DNA of 45,166 nucleotides, from the NCBI GenBank assembly GCA_002774185.1, contig PEZG01000057.1:1-45166 (forward strand), given 5' to 3'. Below the pieces are notes generated by a model, which was not told the origin of the DNA, did not search any database, and saw only the letters and a program-made list of their open reading frames with translations. Below are positions 36,059-44,368 of the stretch, piece by piece. Made by a program: the position numbers and the translations under genes. How positions within the stretch are numbered: the first letter of the stretch is position 1; each line of letters starts with the position of its first letter. The stretch comes from Candidatus Roizmanbacteria bacterium CG09_land_8_20_14_0_10_41_9 (GTDB lineage Bacteria; Patescibacteriota; Microgenomatia; UBA1406; GWC2-37-13).

Positions 36059-36154
36059 CCCTCTGAAGTATTTTATCAAAGAAATTTTTATCCGCAGTCT
36101 TTCTCATTTTTTTTACTTTTATAATAAATGCCTTCCTTTTTTGTCTAGGGGTTT

Positions 36155-36553
36155 TCATAATTGTATTTTACTAATTTCTTTTTTCAATTCACCATTCAAA
36201 GGTCTTTTTATAATGTCATCTTTCAGCTTCTTTTTATCGGTCTCGTTTAATGACAGATTCAAGTCATCTATGTAAAGTTCAAAATTATCATGTTCTTTTG
36301 CACCGTCACCATGAAAACAAGCTCTTCCTGCATACTCAGGTGTTTCTAAAATTACATACAGATACGTTACCGACTGTTCCATGGGTGTTCTTGAACCTAC
36401 CCTTGCTAGATAATCTGCTCTTTGTTCTACTCATTTTGTCAATTCAGCTGGAAAAATCCTAGCGGCATATTTACCACTTTCAGCATCTGCGAGGTATACA
36501 TAGATCTCACCTTTGTATTTGAAGATATCGCCAAAGGTAAGTGATAGTTTCAT
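36155..36553 (-). pseudogene. Partner ORF of the Panacea module (candidate toxin), interrupted by one in-frame TGA at 36431-36433
   Basis: The ATG at 36553 forms an ATGA overlap with the upstream Panacea gene stop. Hand translation gives MKLSLTFGDIFKYKGEIYVYLADAESGKYAARIFPAELTK-TGA-VEQRADYLARVGSRTPMEQSV..., which continues in the same frame into the 75-aa track ORF. No family recognised. Confidence 0.55.
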
Positions 36554-37092
36554 AACATTATTTTCATAAGCAATTCTATATCCTCTTTTTCTACTAGGCA
36601 GTCTTCATCCTCTGCGGCAATTGTATATGGTATCACTTCTAGCATATCTGTTTTTCTATATGACGCTTCTCTATGTGAAGCTTTTTCTATAAAAGCAGTG
36701 TTTTTGTCTCCATATCTTACACATACCTTTTCAAGTATTTCTAATTCTGATTTTGAAAAAAGATCAGCATCTTTTTGCGTAAATTTTCTTACAGGTAAAA
36801 TACGATACATACCAAATCCCTTTTCTCTTTCGCATTTTATAGTATCAAATAAAATTGACTCGTCTATATTTTCACAAGCTGTGTCCACAAGGCTTTTTAT
36901 TGTTGAAGGAATTGGCCCATGTTCCAGCTTGACATAAGTGTCGTAAGTTATAGGTGAGCCAAACTGTTTTAAGTGAGTAAAATCAGCGAAATAAAACAGT
37001 TTCATTAGTTTTGTTTTTCCTAAAAAAGTAGTGTCTGTATAATTGCAAAAATAAAGCAGTATTGCTTTAAGTTTGGCTGTTGGAATTTTCAT
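36550..37092 (-). CDS. Panacea (DUF4065, SocA-like) antitoxin-domain protein
   Basis: LGKTKLMKLFYFADFTHLKQFGSPITYDTYVKLEHGPIPS matches the DUF4065/Panacea signature (KL.KLLYFAD...G.PI......GPV). Confidence 0.7.
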   Translation of the reverse strand: MKIPTAKLKAILLYFCNYTDTTFLGKTKLMKLFYFADFTHLKQFGSPITYDTYVKLEHGPIPSTIKSLVDTACENIDESILFDTIKCEREKGFGMYRILPVRKFTQKDADLFSKSELEILEKVCVRYGDKNTAFIEKASHREASYRKTDMLEVIPYTIAAEDEDCLVEKEDIELLMKIML

Positions 37093-37125
37093 AGTTGTGT
37101 ATGTCTAGGCCTTATAACAACCTAA

Positions 37126-37154
37126 ATTATACCAAACTTCAGCGTGTTTAACAA
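37126..37154 (-). promoter_or_regulatory. Promoter of the Panacea operon (TTGTTA, 17 nt, extended -10 TGgTATAAT on the minus strand)
   Basis: The reverse complement of 37126-37134 is tggtataat. The reverse complement of 37149-37154 is ttgtta. Confidence 0.5.
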
Positions 37155-37298
37155 GTACGTTATTATACAATACAGTATAACACTTTTGGCCAAACGATTG
37201 TCAAGTCTTTGTTGAGTAATACTTTAATGAACTTATAATTTTATGGAAATTGAAGCAGGCACGTACGTTACACGCCTACCCAATCGCCGTATTTTGAG

Positions 37299-37382
37299 CA
37301 AATTTAAAATTCAAAATTCAAAGTTTAAAATTTTTAATTTTAAACTGCAACTTTCAACTTTGCACTTTTAACTTTAAACTTC
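37299..37382. repeat. AT-rich intergenic repeat element (copy 2), upstream of rpmF
   Basis: Contains tttaaaattcaaaatt (37303-37318), aactgcaacttt (37343-37354) and actttcaactttg. There is an internal palindrome agtttaaaatt/aattttaaact. Confidence 0.8.
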
Positions 37383-37438
37383 TTTTAGATATTTTTCTCT
37401 TGCATAATTGGTTTTCGTGTGATACAGTAAATACCAGT

Positions 37439-37588
37439 ATGGCGCCACTACCGAAAAGAAAACATTCAACCCAACGGAAAGGTAAAAGAATGTCCACGAG
37501 GACTATCACATTCAAAAATCTTGTTCCTTGTACAAACTGCCAAAAACCAAAATTACCCCATAAAACCTGTAAGCACTGCAGGAAATGA
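37439..37588 (+). CDS. rpmF: 50S ribosomal protein L32
   Basis: MAPLPKRKHSTQRKGKR... with a CxxC...CxxC knuckle (CTNC...CKHC). Start placed at the internal ATG at 37439. Confidence 0.85.
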   Translation: MAPLPKRKHSTQRKGKRMSTRTITFKNLVPCTNCQKPKLPHKTCKHCRK

Positions 37589-37971
37589 TATCCATGGACA
37601 TTCGCCACGATCAAAGAATAAAGATCATTCAAGAGCTTTACCGCAATACCTTCTTTGCTAAGGATAGTCCGCCATCTCTTGCTGTCGCTAAGACAAGGGA
37701 TATTATCGAAAACGCGACACAAATCAACGACTACATCAAAAAATATGCGCAGAAATTCCCTATAGAGAAGATTGCGAAGGTTGATTTGGCGATTCTACAG
37801 CTTGCGGTCTATGAGCTGGTATTTGAAAAAAAAGAACCGCCAAAGGTTATCATTAACGAAGCCATTGAACTTGCAAAAGAGATGGGAAGCGGACGATCGT
37901 TTGCTTTTATTAATGCCGTATTGGGCAAAATTTATCAACAACACTATGCCGGGCAACCTAAAAAAACTTGA
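37585..37971 (+). CDS. nusB: Transcription antitermination factor NusB
   Basis: AILQLAVYELVF...PPKVIINEAIELAKEMG...FINAVLGKI pattern. ATGA overlap with rpmF. Confidence 0.8.
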   Translation: MISMDIRHDQRIKIIQELYRNTFFAKDSPPSLAVAKTRDIIENATQINDYIKKYAQKFPIEKIAKVDLAILQLAVYELVFEKKEPPKVIINEAIELAKEMGSGRSFAFINAVLGKIYQQHYAGQPKKT

Positions 37972-38647
37972 AGAAACTATCCATATCCAATTTAGAGATA
38001 AGAGTCTGATTGAAAATGTATTCGTGCACCGTTCCTATTTGAATGAACACAAACGGTTCCATTTACCCTCAAACGAGAAATTGGAATTCCTAGGAGATAG
38101 CGTACTGTCTCTAATCACCTCGGTGTATCTTTTTAAAAATTATCCGGATTTTCAGGAGGGCGATTATACCGAGATAAAATCATCCATTGTCAAAACCGAA
38201 AGCTTGGCGATTGCGGCAAGAACCCTACGTCTCGGCGATTATATCTATCTGTCAAAAGGTGAAGAGCAGGGTATGGGACGAGTTAACTCGAATATTTTAG
38301 CGGATTGTTTTGAAGCTCTGATTGGATGCATCTTCATAGATCAAAGCTTTGAGGCCGCCTATGATTTCGTAGTACGGTATCTATTCAAATCAAATAATCT
38401 TGACGGGGTCATTGAAGCAAAATCGTATCTCTCAGCAAAAAGCAACCTTCAGGAGTATATTCAGAGAAAGTTTAAAGTTTTGCCCTCCTATCGGGTCCTG
38501 GATCAAAAAGGACCTGAGCACGATAGGATATTCAGGATAGGGGTATTCTTGAAAAGCAAAAAAATGGGAGAAGGAGTCGCTTCTTCGAAGAAGCTCGCTG
38601 AGGAAAAAGCTGCTCAAGTTGCCTTTGAAAACCGGAAATCCCTATGA
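37946..38647 (+). CDS. rnc: Ribonuclease III
   Basis: RNase III signature NEKLEFLGDSVL, ADCFEALIGCIF, and a C-terminal dsRBD (GPEHDRIF...SSKKLAEEKAAQVA). Start placed at the ATG at 37946 (MPGNLKKLEE). Confidence 0.9.
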   Translation: MPGNLKKLEETIHIQFRDKSLIENVFVHRSYLNEHKRFHLPSNEKLEFLGDSVLSLITSVYLFKNYPDFQEGDYTEIKSSIVKTESLAIAARTLRLGDYIYLSKGEEQGMGRVNSNILADCFEALIGCIFIDQSFEAAYDFVVRYLFKSNNLDGVIEAKSYLSAKSNLQEYIQRKFKVLPSYRVLDQKGPEHDRIFRIGVFLKSKKMGEGVASSKKLAEEKAAQVAFENRKSL

Positions 38648-38660
38648 TACAATTCTACCT

Positions 38661-38903
38661 ATGGCTGTTGCATTAAGACTCTTTCGGTTAGGAAAAAAAG
38701 GACACCCGATATACCGCATTATTGCTATCGATAAAAGGAAAAAGAGAAATGGGAACTATATTGAAGCGATCGGCTCATATCATCCGGGAAAAAATCCCTT
38801 TACATTGGAGATTAAAGAGGAACGTTTCGCCTATTGGAAAGAAAAAGGAGCTCATATTTCTGAGGGTCTTCACAAGCTTCTTAAAAGTAGAAAGAAATCC
38901 TAA
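38661..38903 (+). CDS. rpsP: 30S ribosomal protein S16
   Basis: MAVALRLFRLGKKGHPIYRIIAIDKRKKRNGNYIEAIGSYHP is a canonical S16 N-terminus. Start placed at 38661. Confidence 0.9.
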   Translation: MAVALRLFRLGKKGHPIYRIIAIDKRKKRNGNYIEAIGSYHPGKNPFTLEIKEERFAYWKEKGAHISEGLHKLLKSRKKS

Positions 38904-39583
38904 AATGGATTTGTCTTGGTAGCGTACCCTGATTCCGTTGCCTCTTCGGGTTCCTTAACGATAAACGTGATTTTATCTTTGATGCTTTTGAGTTCTGCAA
39001 GCGTTCCTTCGTTAAACTTTGCTTTTTCCGAAGAGGAGATTTCGACCTTCTGGTTGTAAAAGTTAACGCTCAGGGTCATGGAACCCGCAAACTGAGGGGT
39101 CAATTCGATTCTTTCGATCGTGATAAGCCTTCCGCTGGAAAACGTATAATTTTTCAGGAAGTCCATAAATGCATCGTCATTTCCTACTCCCACGATACTT
39201 AGTTGCAACTTATTTTTCGTTGAGGTTCTTATGTTGATCGCATATGACTTAATAACAAAATTCGTTTTTTTAGCGATTTCCTCAAGAGCATAGACGATAG
39301 AAAAATAATCCTCTGCGTTGGGGACCAGTGAGTTGACCACTTGTAGATATGATTCCAGAGCTTCGTCTCCCACGGAAAGTGCATCATTGATTACTTTTGC
39401 TTTCTGCTGGTATTCCAAAACTTCCTTTTCAAGAGCAAGGATCTTGTCGGAATTTTCTGCAAATCGCTGGGAATTATATACATAAACAAAAATCGTTAAG
39501 GATATTAGTATCCATAATCCCGCAATATAAATACCGTTTTCCTTGATGAGATTTCGTACGTATGGCTTAATTGTTAGTTTCAT
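38900..39583 (-). CDS. pilO: PilO-like type IV pilus assembly protein
   Basis: Single N-terminal TM helix followed by a coiled coil. Third gene in pilM-pilN-pilO order. Assignment is largely positional. Confidence 0.5.
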   Translation of the reverse strand: MKLTIKPYVRNLIKENGIYIAGLWILISLTIFVYVYNSQRFAENSDKILALEKEVLEYQQKAKVINDALSVGDEALESYLQVVNSLVPNAEDYFSIVYALEEIAKKTNFVIKSYAINIRTSTKNKLQLSIVGVGNDDAFMDFLKNYTFSSGRLITIERIELTPQFAGSMTLSVNFYNQKVEISSSEKAKFNEGTLAELKSIKDKITFIVKEPEEATESGYATKTNPF

Positions 39584-40253
39584 TCATCAAAATAAACTTA
39601 CCACTCAACGATAATTCGTAATTCTCTTTTTTGACAGCGCTTTGATCAAGCGAGCTCAAGCCGCTTAATGAAAAGCTTTTCAAGGAAAGCCGCTCGAAGT
39701 TCTTCAGAAAAGAATCAGATTCTACAAACCTCGTAAAATCAATGAGACTTGAAAAATTCGTGAACGACACCTTAAACTCGACATTTCTGTTTTTATCGAT
39801 AAAGAAGTTCTTAAGGGTTCCTCGGGTGTTCGTCTGGACTTGAGCCGAAATGCTTGCTAAATTTCCCGAAAGACTTGCGATTGCCGGCTGAAGAGAGAAA
39901 GAGTCCGTGGAGGGAGTATTTTGAGATAATGCAGTGACGAGAAGATTAAAGTATGGCAAGGCCTGGACATCGTCTTTTATAAACCCTTTTATTACACCAT
40001 ATTTTTTTTCAATGTAAAGGAGTTGTGCCTCGATATCCTTTTTATCCTTAAGCTGTTCAAGGTAGCTTTTCTTTTGATTCAAAAGTTTCTCTAATCTGGA
40101 ATTTTGAGTATTTAGCCGAATAAACATGTAAATGAACACTGCAAAAAAAACGACGCAGGATGCAATAGCTGATATTCGGATATAGGAAAAATACTTTTCT
40201 ATTTTTTGATAATCAACCTTACTTGAAAGAAGATTGATCTTGGTTTTCTTCAT
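39567..40253 (-). CDS. pilN: PilN-like type IV pilus assembly protein
   Basis: N-terminal KINLLS (PilN INLLP-type PilM-binding motif), one TM helix, ATGA overlap with pilM. Confidence 0.6.
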   Translation of the reverse strand: MKKTKINLLSSKVDYQKIEKYFSYIRISAIASCVVFFAVFIYMFIRLNTQNSRLEKLLNQKKSYLEQLKDKKDIEAQLLYIEKKYGVIKGFIKDDVQALPYFNLLVTALSQNTPSTDSFSLQPAIASLSGNLASISAQVQTNTRGTLKNFFIDKNRNVEFKVSFTNFSSLIDFTRFVESDSFLKNFERLSLKSFSLSGLSSLDQSAVKKENYELSLSGKFILMNETNN

Positions 40254-41275
40254 CTTAGGTTTCCTCCAATAGATGAAATGAACAGGGACAGATTCTGCTT
40301 AAAGAATTCTACTGACGGGTTTTTTTTAAGAACGCTATAGGGATTGATAACTGAGGTAGGGATTCCGATGGAGTTTTCGACCAGTTTTGCTAATGAGGGA
40401 AATCGAAAGGAGTCATTCAGTAAAAGAATTGTTCCTATGTTCATTTGAAATCTCTGGGCAATCACGTTGATGAACCGTTTGACTTCGCTCCCAAATTCTT
40501 TCACTACCGGTTCGACATTTGACTCTATGGGCAAACTGGATTGTTGACCGGCTTGATGGGATTTGAGGGCCTCGGCGGCTTGAGTCTGAGTAAGGTTTAG
40601 ATTTAAGGCAGTCTCCTTTAAAAAAATGTAGAATCCCGTGTTAAAATTCCTCGTTTGGGTAATGAGATGAAACCGCGGATCAAAAAAATACAATGAGGTT
40701 GTATTTAGACTGAGATTCACTAAGAGTATTCCGGACGCGCTTTGAACATTGCTGAATATATCAACCGCAAAGCGTGAACATGCGCTTAATTCATTCTCAA
40801 TGGATTCGGGGATTAATCCAGCCAGTTCTACGGTCTTTTGAATTTTTTCTATGAGTTTTTTTGAGGACGCGATCATCAACACGAGAAGTTTGTTTTCTTT
40901 CGCACTCTCACTTAAAATCTCAACGTCAATGTTTACTTCATCAATCGGCATCGGAATGAACTGGTCGGCTTGATACTTTATTGCCGAGATGAGTTCCTTT
41001 TCGTTTAACTTCGGCATGTCAAGCACTTGGGAATAGGAATAGGTATCCGGGATTACGACATTTACATTTTTCTTTGCGATCTTAAGGGTTCCAAGGAGCT
41101 TTTGGATGATGGTGGCGTGATCTCCGATAACTTTTTCCGTGTCCGCACTGTAAAAGGCAGGGCTCACTTCGGCAAACCCCAAGGATGAAACGTCAATCAG
41201 GGATCCGTCCTTTTTCGCATCCGCCACTTTGATAAAACTTTCTCCAAAATCCACACAAAATAACGTATCTGCCAT
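40250..41275 (-). CDS. pilM: PilM, actin-like type IV pilus assembly ATPase
   Basis: Actin/FtsA-like fold pattern (VDFGESFIKVA, LLVNLSLNTTSL). Position directly upstream of pilN. Confidence 0.7.
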   Translation of the reverse strand: MADTLFCVDFGESFIKVADAKKDGSLIDVSSLGFAEVSPAFYSADTEKVIGDHATIIQKLLGTLKIAKKNVNVVIPDTYSYSQVLDMPKLNEKELISAIKYQADQFIPMPIDEVNIDVEILSESAKENKLLVLMIASSKKLIEKIQKTVELAGLIPESIENELSACSRFAVDIFSNVQSASGILLVNLSLNTTSLYFFDPRFHLITQTRNFNTGFYIFLKETALNLNLTQTQAAEALKSHQAGQQSSLPIESNVEPVVKEFGSEVKRFINVIAQRFQMNIGTILLLNDSFRFPSLAKLVENSIGIPTSVINPYSVLKKNPSVEFFKQNLSLFISSIGGNLR

Positions 41276-41328
41276 ATAGTTAGTATCAAGAAAAATGAGA
41301 AATAAGTCAAGAGAAAATTGCGGAAAGG

Positions 41329-41886
41329 TTAGTTCCTTAGCTTTATGCTGGTTTGGTAATGAAGCACAGCGGTAGTTTCTTCAACGCGAGTTGATGCGGT
41401 ATTATAATCCACACCAAAGGCAATAGTTACGAGTGCCGGAGTTCCGATGTTATTGCGTGTACACGAAATTACAAAGTCCGAAATGCGTACGTTCGACGTC
41501 GTCAATTCTCGGGTAGACGTTAATTTTGATGACTCGGAAGCGATTTTGTCGCTCAAGATATAGAATCGGAATTCGTTTCCGGATTTATCCTTGAAATAAA
41601 AATTCGTTCCACTGGAACTTTGGTATGATGAACCGGTTGCGGCACACCGTTCGTTTGAAAAGGTGGGAGCACTATAGGTTTGGAAAATATTTTTTGCTTC
41701 ACTTCGAATGATAGTTTCCATGACATTCAATACATAATCCCCCTGTCTTTTTACCTCAGATAGCCGCTGTATTTTCACCTGTTGGTTGGCAACCCCAAAA
41801 AAAATAGCAAAAAGCACCGGAAGAGATACTCCAATAACTCCCATCACAACGACAAGTTCAATAAAAGAGAATCCTTTTTTATTCAT
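41329..41886 (-). CDS. Type IV pilin/pseudopilin-like protein (6 of 6)
   Basis: MNKKG|FSFIELVVVMGVIG. The ATG at 41886 forms an ATGA overlap with the upstream pilin stop. Confidence 0.8.
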   Translation of the reverse strand: MNKKGFSFIELVVVMGVIGVSLPVLFAIFFGVANQQVKIQRLSEVKRQGDYVLNVMETIIRSEAKNIFQTYSAPTFSNERCAATGSSYQSSSGTNFYFKDKSGNEFRFYILSDKIASESSKLTSTRELTTSNVRISDFVISCTRNNIGTPALVTIAFGVDYNTASTRVEETTAVLHYQTSIKLRN

Positions 41887-42332
41887 TCCCATACGGAAAA
41901 GACCGTGTTAATTGGTATTGAGTACGTGTTTCCATATTCGCGCCACTGAACAGTGACTGCAATTTTCATTTGATCGGATCCATACTGCTGAAGAACGGCC
42001 CAGCGGCGAAAAATACCATCTAAAGTATAACTTGTACCGCAGTCGTTTGAGAAATTCCAGTTAAGTCCTTCATTGAAACAATAGCTCACGGATGAAGGTT
42101 CAGTGGGAACTCTATTGTAAAAAGTTTTCCAATCAACTTCTTTTTCGGACTTCAACCACTCAAGAAGTTCCTCAGCATATCGGGTTCCCAGTATTTTATG
42201 CTGGTTGACCTCATTGTTCCGGATGGATGTAATCGTCATTGATGCGGCGATCACGAAAAATACAGAGAGAATAGAGACAAATATCAACACTTCCACGAGC
42301 GAAAACGATTTGGTCTCAAGTTTACCCATCAT
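41883..42332 (-). CDS. Type IV pilin/pseudopilin-like protein (5 of 6)
   Basis: MMGKLETKS|FSLVEVLIFVSILS. Glu at +5, Ser rather than Gly at -1. Confidence 0.7.
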   Translation of the reverse strand: MMGKLETKSFSLVEVLIFVSILSVFFVIAASMTITSIRNNEVNQHKILGTRYAEELLEWLKSEKEVDWKTFYNRVPTEPSSVSYCFNEGLNWNFSNDCGTSYTLDGIFRRWAVLQQYGSDQMKIAVTVQWREYGNTYSIPINTVFSVWE

Positions 42333-42367
42333 ATACAGTATACATTTTTATAGTCAGAAGCAAAAGG

Positions 42368-42976
42368 TCAGCACCCAGAAGTGTAAGAGGTTCCTTTGGT
42401 AATGATACCGGCCGGAGAAACCGTGATATCAATGCATTTGCTCGAAGATGTATTCTTAACTTTTACGGTAATATCTCCGGCGCTATTGGTGCCGGTCGAG
42501 AGTTTGTAAAATGGGATGGCCGTTGCCGACTCGACAGTTATATTCCGATCGGCTGGAATAGAATACGTATATATGGTAGTTTCACCACCCGAACAGACGA
42601 GGCTCATCCTGTATTGAGAGGCGTTAATCACGGTTACCTTATAACTGATAAAATCTCCGCTGCAGGTTTGGGAAAGATTGACATCTGCCGCAGATGACTT
42701 TTTTTTGGCCAACTCTAATACATCATTGACTTTTCGCGCCTCTGCTTCCAGCTTAATGTCTTCGTTGTAGCTATTGTAGTATGCAAGCGAAAGACCGGAG
42801 AAAAGCGCAATGATCGTGATGACGATGAGAAGTTCAATGAATGTAAAACCTGTAAATCGCGAAAACGATTTTGTTGCTTCGGCTTCACCCCTCGGCCTGC
42901 CTGCCGGCAAGGCAGGGAGAACCCAAGCCATTCGCACAAAATGTTTTCGCAATTTAGAAAAAAATGAGCGTGTCAT
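42368..42976 (-). CDS. Type IV pilin/pseudopilin-like protein (4 of 6) with an unusually long leader
   Basis: ...SRFTG|FTFIELLIVITIIA. The ATG at 42976 gives an ATGA overlap with the upstream pilin and a 43-aa leader. The ATG at 42931 is an alternative. The leader contains the GC-rich palindrome. Confidence 0.7.
   Translation of the reverse strand: MTRSFFSKLRKHFVRMAWVLPALPAGRPRGEAEATKSFSRFTGFTFIELLIVITIIALFSGLSLAYYNSYNEDIKLEAEARKVNDVLELAKKKSSAADVNLSQTCSGDFISYKVTVINASQYRMSLVCSGGETTIYTYSIPADRNITVESATAIPFYKLSTGTNSAGDITVKVKNTSSSKCIDITVSPAGIITKGTSYTSGC
42896..42917. repeat. GC-rich palindromic element (cctgcctgccggcaaggcaggg), copy B, inside the pilin leader-coding region
   Basis: By eye, differs from 21951-21971 by two substitutions and one single-base indel, same orientation. 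Encodes ...LPALPAGRPRG... on the minus strand. Confidence 0.75.
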
Positions 42977-43371
42977 TGTCCGTACGGTCCAACGCAATAA
43001 TTGCACGTAGCTCCGGTACAACTGACTCCGCATCCACCTGCGGTCGACGACTCAAGGTATGCGCCCAGCGTATAATCGGAAGAGCTTCCCGTGTAATAAT
43101 ACGTGTAGGTTGGGCTACGGGGGTCTGCCGGAACGCTCTGCAAATATTTTGGAGATCCAGTAAGTAATGATAATGCTGCCGGGTAGGAACCGTTGTTGCT
43201 GCGATACATTTCCAGGGCACCTCTGATATTTTCCAAATCCGCCTTTCTTCTGCCGTCGCGGGATTGTTTCATTAGCTGAGAATAAGTAGCTACCCCTCCT
43301 GCAATTAATAGCGCAATGATGCTGATAACTACGATGAGCTCAAGAAGCGTGTATCCCCTATTATTTATCAT
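42973..43371 (-). CDS. Type IV pilin/pseudopilin-like protein (3 of 6)
   Basis: MINNRG|YTLLELIVVISIIALL followed by a RDGRRKADLENIRGALEMY helix. Confidence 0.8.
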   Translation of the reverse strand: MINNRGYTLLELIVVISIIALLIAGGVATYSQLMKQSRDGRRKADLENIRGALEMYRSNNGSYPAALSLLTGSPKYLQSVPADPRSPTYTYYYTGSSSDYTLGAYLESSTAGGCGVSCTGATCNYCVGPYGQ

Positions 43372-43391
43372 AAATGATTCTAACTCATAAC

Positions 43392-43778
43392 TTACTGCTG
43401 GTTTGAAACCGAAAAGGTTACTCCTGCTCCAGCTGATTCCAATGGGACAGAAAGCGTGAATGTGTTTGTCGTCCAGGATACCGAGAATACATTTGATGCC
43501 GGGTCAGTAATCGTGAACGTACCAATTCCAGTTACTGGACAGATTGCACTTATGGTTCTGGTTCCTGTGCCGGTTACGTTAGGGTATGAGAAATTGTTTG
43601 CCGTATAACACTGCTCCATCATTTTTTGCATATCTTGAAGATCGGTTTTTCTCTTTGAATCGCGGGCCCTTTTTTGGACAGACGAAAAAGCGACCATACC
43701 CAGACTAATGAGTATAGCCAGTAGTCCAATGACGACAAGAAGCTCCAAAAGCGTAAATGATTTCTTAAATCGGTTCAT
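43392..43778 (-). CDS. Type IV pilin/pseudopilin-like protein (2 of 6)
   Basis: MNRFKKS|FTLLELLVVIGLLA followed by RDSKRKTDLQDMQKMM. Start placed at the ATG at 43778. Confidence 0.8.
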   Translation of the reverse strand: MNRFKKSFTLLELLVVIGLLAILISLGMVAFSSVQKRARDSKRKTDLQDMQKMMEQCYTANNFSYPNVTGTGTRTISAICPVTGIGTFTITDPASNVFSVSWTTNTFTLSVPLESAGAGVTFSVSNQQ

Positions 43779-43780
43779 AT

Positions 43781-44257
43781 TCAAGGTTGGGTAACTACGT
43801 AACACCAGTTAGTTGTCGAACAAGCTCCACCGGTACATGTCGTGCAGGACGCGACACCGTCCAGATCAGCGGTGTTTTCGAGACAGGCGCAGAGAGTATA
43901 GGTTAATATATCTGCTCCCAATGTATATTTATAACTTTTACCCGGAGAGGGATCACCCGGCATTTTATTCATATATACGGATCCTGTGCACAAAGCACCA
44001 CTGGACCAGCAGGCACCAGCTGCTGGAAGTGAGTCCGTGGCCGGATAGGTGATCGGCGATTGGTTATCCTTGTACAATTCCAGAGCTTTCTGGATTTGCC
44101 TCAGGTCGGATTTCCTTTGGGAATCCCGCGCCCGTTCGCGGGTGGACATGTAGTTTGGAAGAAGGAGAGCCGAGAGAGAAGAGATAATCGCAATAACAAC
44201 CAAAAGCTCGATGAGGGTGAAACCAGCGCAAGAATTTTTTTTTAATATTGCCTCCAT
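43781..44257 (-). CDS. Type IV pilin/pseudopilin-like protein (1 of 6)
   Basis: [12 protein letters not shown]|[14 protein letters not shown] followed by [19 protein letters not shown]. Cys-rich C-terminus. Start placed at the ATG at 44257. Confidence 0.8.
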   Translation of the reverse strand: MEAILKKNSCAGFTLIELLVVIAIISSLSALLLPNYMSTRERARDSQRKSDLRQIQKALELYKDNQSPITYPATDSLPAAGACWSSGALCTGSVYMNKMPGDPSPGKSYKYTLGADILTYTLCACLENTADLDGVASCTTCTGGACSTTNWCYVVTQP

Positions 44258-44260
44258 ATA

Positions 44261-44368
44261 AATTAAAAGTTTAAAATTCAAAATTAAAAATTGCAATTGA
44301 AAATTTAAAATTAAAAACTTTCAACTTTGAACCGAAACTTTGTACTTTGAACTTTGAATTTTTAACTT
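44261..44368. repeat. AT-rich intergenic repeat element (copy 3), between holB and the pilin array
   Basis: Contains tttaaaattcaaaatt (44270-44285), actttcaactttg and ttgaatttttaactt (44354-44368). Confidence 0.8.

Larger units (their letters stand above)
35139..36163 (+). mobile_element. Possible IS1595-family element (boundaries tentative)
   Basis: caattat-cccttgac (35139-35153) versus the reverse complement of 36143-36163, caattat-gaaaac-ccctagac. That is 14 of 15 matches with a 6-nt gap. It encloses one transposase ORF. No target-site duplication seen. Confidence 0.35.

Noticed and set aside
36431-36433. The in-frame TGA as evidence of genetic code 25 (UGA read as Gly, as in Gracilibacteria and Absconditabacteria)
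   Set aside because: TGA terminates many conserved, correctly sized genes in this window (rnj, rpsU, tsf, mvk, the Nudix gene, pilM and several pilins). UGA is therefore a normal stop here.
37354-37722. 122-aa minus-strand ORF
   Set aside because: It overlaps rpmF and nusB in antisense and extends into the AT-rich repeat. The ribosomal and NusB calls are far better supported.
42954-43220. Overlapping ORFs within the pilin array (42954-43220 and 42715-42939 on the minus strand; 42810-43010 and 42964-43167 on the plus strand)
   Set aside because: They are alternative frames of pilin genes 3 and 4 and lack prepilin signatures. The GC-rich palindrome inflates open frames locally.
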